From a virus, in IMG/VR virus record IMGVR_UViG_3300031992_000005, positions 288,001 through 352,000 of that record: a stretch of 64,000 nucleotides of DNA; one strand, given 5' to 3'. Each line of letters opens with the position of its first letter. Position 1 is the stretch's first letter. The position numbers and the translations under genes were made by a program. Below the pieces are notes generated by a model. That model searched no databases. It saw only the letters and a list, made by a program, of their open reading frames with translations, and was not told the origin of the DNA. This document shows positions 62,299 through 64,000 of the stretch, piece after piece.

Positions 62299-62920
62299 TG
62301 TAAACTATCTCGTAATTAAACTTAATGGGTATATCTCTTACACGTCCATTTAAATAATTAGACCCAAGTATATCTAGGTGAACCTTTGCCTGCTCGAACC
62401 CAAGCTTGTTATTTTCATTAGCATTAAATTCAGCCAACTTTCGTGTACTTCCTCCTTCATACGAAAAGAAAATATCGTCTGTCAAAGTTATAATAAAATT
62501 TTCTTTGATATATTTATAATTAATTATATCTCGAATACTATAATATTCAATTGATCTTATAGATTCATCAGGTAACGATAAATTACGAGTTAGATCTAAA
62601 GATAGCTTACCTTTTTGTTGATTTGCTATAACACGTAATAGTCCCTCCTCCGCAGAAGGATAACTTAGGTAACCCTTACCTCTAAAATCTATCAATAACT
62701 CCCTATTACACAGGGGTAATGGTAAATTTCCCCAAAGATAAGGATCACTTATGTATTTATGTGTAGGTATTAATATATACTTTTCATCCCTCGATAAACT
62801 CCAGGGGAACTGATAAATATCAAACTCTTCTGTAATTGCTATTAACCGAGGATAATTATTTTTAGTTTCAATTGCAAAAAATGACTCTAAAATTTCTTCT
62901 CGTTTTAATTCTACTACCAT
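62282..62920 (-). CDS. Family-B paralog 4 (B4, most divergent), first gene of the minus-strand operon
   Basis: 212-aa ORF with ESFFAIETKNN...PWSLSRDEKYILIPTHKYI, aligning with the B-family N-terminal pattern. Confidence 0.65.
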   Translation of the reverse strand: MVVELKREEILESFFAIETKNNYPRLIAITEEFDIYQFPWSLSRDEKYILIPTHKYISDPYLWGNLPLPLCNRELLIDFRGKGYLSYPSAEEGLLRVIANQQKGKLSLDLTRNLSLPDESIRSIEYYSIRDIINYKYIKENFIITLTDDIFFSYEGGSTRKLAEFNANENNKLGFEQAKVHLDILGSNYLNGRVRDIPIKFNYEIVYNDCCN

Positions 62921-62952
62921 AAATATTATAAATAATTAACATAAATAAGGGA

Positions 62953-63987
62953 ATGAAACCCTTACTACTGTACTATAAATTTCAAGCTATTATGTTAAAA
63001 TCTACAGAACCAAAGTATTCCTATGGCGATATTTTTATTAAGCCAGCAGTACTCAGTGACGTCAAGCATAGAATTGATTGTCACGCTTACACTAGTGAAG
63101 GATCTCTCCCTATTTTTACAGCACCTATGGATACTGTAGTTGGGAAGAACTCCTTTAACATTTGGAAAGAAAATAAGATTATTCCCATTTATCCAAGAAC
63201 TATTTCTTATTCTGAAAGAATTCGCTTTATGGAAAATGGTGACTGGACTAGTTTTGGGTTAGATGAATTTGTACAACTAACCACGAGCTATAATAAAGAA
63301 CTGAAAGGAAAGATTCTAATTGAAATGGCTAATGGTCACCTGGAAGATCTTTATAAAATTGCAGGTGAAGCAAAAGAAAAGTTTCCTAACCTAACTTTAA
63401 TGGTAGGAAATATAGGAAATGCTGAAACTTACAACATAGCCTGTGATTGTGAGATTGATTATATCAGACTTGGTATTGGCGGTGGATCTGGATGTATTAC
63501 TGCGACACAAACTGGTATACATTATCCAATGGCAAGCTTAATACATGAAGCAGCAAGTAGAAAAATGATGAGGTTACAAGGTTTTCGTACAAAAATCATA
63601 GCCGACGGAGGAATTAGGAGCTATAAAGATATCTGCGTAGCTCTTGCCTTAGGTGCGGATTATGTAATGATTGGCGGATTATTATGCGGATTAAAAGAAT
63701 CTGAAGCACCAATCATTGAAAACGAAGATGGATCCCTCTCAAAGAAATTCTATGGCATGGCATCTAGAGAAGGACAGACTGCTATGTATGGATCAAAAAT
63801 AAAAACAGTTGAAGGAAAATCTAAACTTGTACCTATAACAGGAACTATTCCTGGATGGGTTGAGAATGCTACTGATTACATTAGATCTATGATGTCTTAT
63901 ATTGGGGCAAAAAACTTAGAGGAAATATATGAAAAGGCAGAATGTATAATAGGATCACAGGATACGCTCAACCGAATTAATAAGTAA
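62953..63987 (+). CDS. GMP reductase / IMP dehydrogenase-family (TIM-barrel, no CBS insert) enzyme
   Basis: Contains IFTAPMDTVV, LGIGGGSGCITATQTG (catalytic Cys loop), IIADGGIRSYKDICVALALGADYVMIGG and FYGMAS. About 330-344 aa without a CBS subdomain, which fits GuaC-type enzymes. An alternative start at ATG 62992 (MLKSTEPKYSYGDIFIKP) aligns better with known N-termini. Confidence 0.7.
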   Translation: MKPLLLYYKFQAIMLKSTEPKYSYGDIFIKPAVLSDVKHRIDCHAYTSEGSLPIFTAPMDTVVGKNSFNIWKENKIIPIYPRTISYSERIRFMENGDWTSFGLDEFVQLTTSYNKELKGKILIEMANGHLEDLYKIAGEAKEKFPNLTLMVGNIGNAETYNIACDCEIDYIRLGIGGGSGCITATQTGIHYPMASLIHEAASRKMMRLQGFRTKIIADGGIRSYKDICVALALGADYVMIGGLLCGLKESEAPIIENEDGSLSKKFYGMASREGQTAMYGSKIKTVEGKSKLVPITGTIPGWVENATDYIRSMMSYIGAKNLEEIYEKAECIIGSQDTLNRINK

Positions 63988-64000
63988 CCTCTCAATGCCT

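Noticed and set aside
1-64000. Genome-wide stop-codon reassignment (TGA or TAG recoding), prompted by the in-frame TGA at 55120.
   Set aside because: TGA serves as the genuine stop of many genes here, often in ATGA overlaps (12490, 14018, 15157, 19389, 20012, 23624, 26393). The giant ORFs are fully open in the standard code. Only one gene is interrupted, so this is a local event and not a recoded genome.
1-64000. Prophage boundaries, integrase, att sites or host flanks.
   Set aside because: No integrase or recombinase motif and no host-like housekeeping gene context were seen, apart from the GuaC-like gene, which sits in phage-like context. The window appears to be entirely internal to a phage genome.

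Overview
The window is one densely packed, AT-rich stretch (by eye; GC not computed) of a large tailed-phage genome. I saw no rRNA, tRNA, CRISPR array, integrase or obvious host genes.

Layout:
- 118-5798 (+): nine small genes. Eight begin with the same roughly 10-aa N-terminal leader although their bodies are unrelated (Dps-like, HExxH peptidase motif, GNAT, glycine-zipper proteins).
- 5900-20012 (+): a contractile-tail module in P2/Mu/R-pyocin order. It runs chaperone-like pair, 1864-aa tape measure with lysozyme-like and M23 domains, then U-position, X-like, D-like, V-like spike, W/gp25-like, J-like and I-like genes. A free-standing GIY-YIG homing endonuclease sits between the spike and wedge genes.
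- 20009-56294 (+): a very large fibre/baseplate-periphery module. It includes giant ORFs of 2389, 1648 and 2883 aa with enzyme-like and adhesin-like modules (lamin-tail-like plus metallophosphoesterase; CotH-like plus leucine-rich repeats). It also holds an Amidase_3 endolysin and a repeat-containing tail fibre.
- 56291-58131 (+): two membrane proteins, a PPP-family phosphatase and a small Cys-rich protein.
- 58128-62920 (-): eight tightly coupled genes of about 200 aa forming two paralogous families, four members each.
- 62953-63987 (+): a GMP-reductase/IMPDH-family gene.

Most start codons have A/T-rich upstream regions with no Shine-Dalgarno sequence. This hints at a Bacteroidota-type host, but that is inference only.

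Most notable observations: the shared leader, the eight-gene paralog array, the enzyme-bearing giant tail proteins, a fibre-associated gene split by a single in-frame TGA, and a G10 tract just upstream of it.

All family assignments come from motif recognition by eye. No database search was run.
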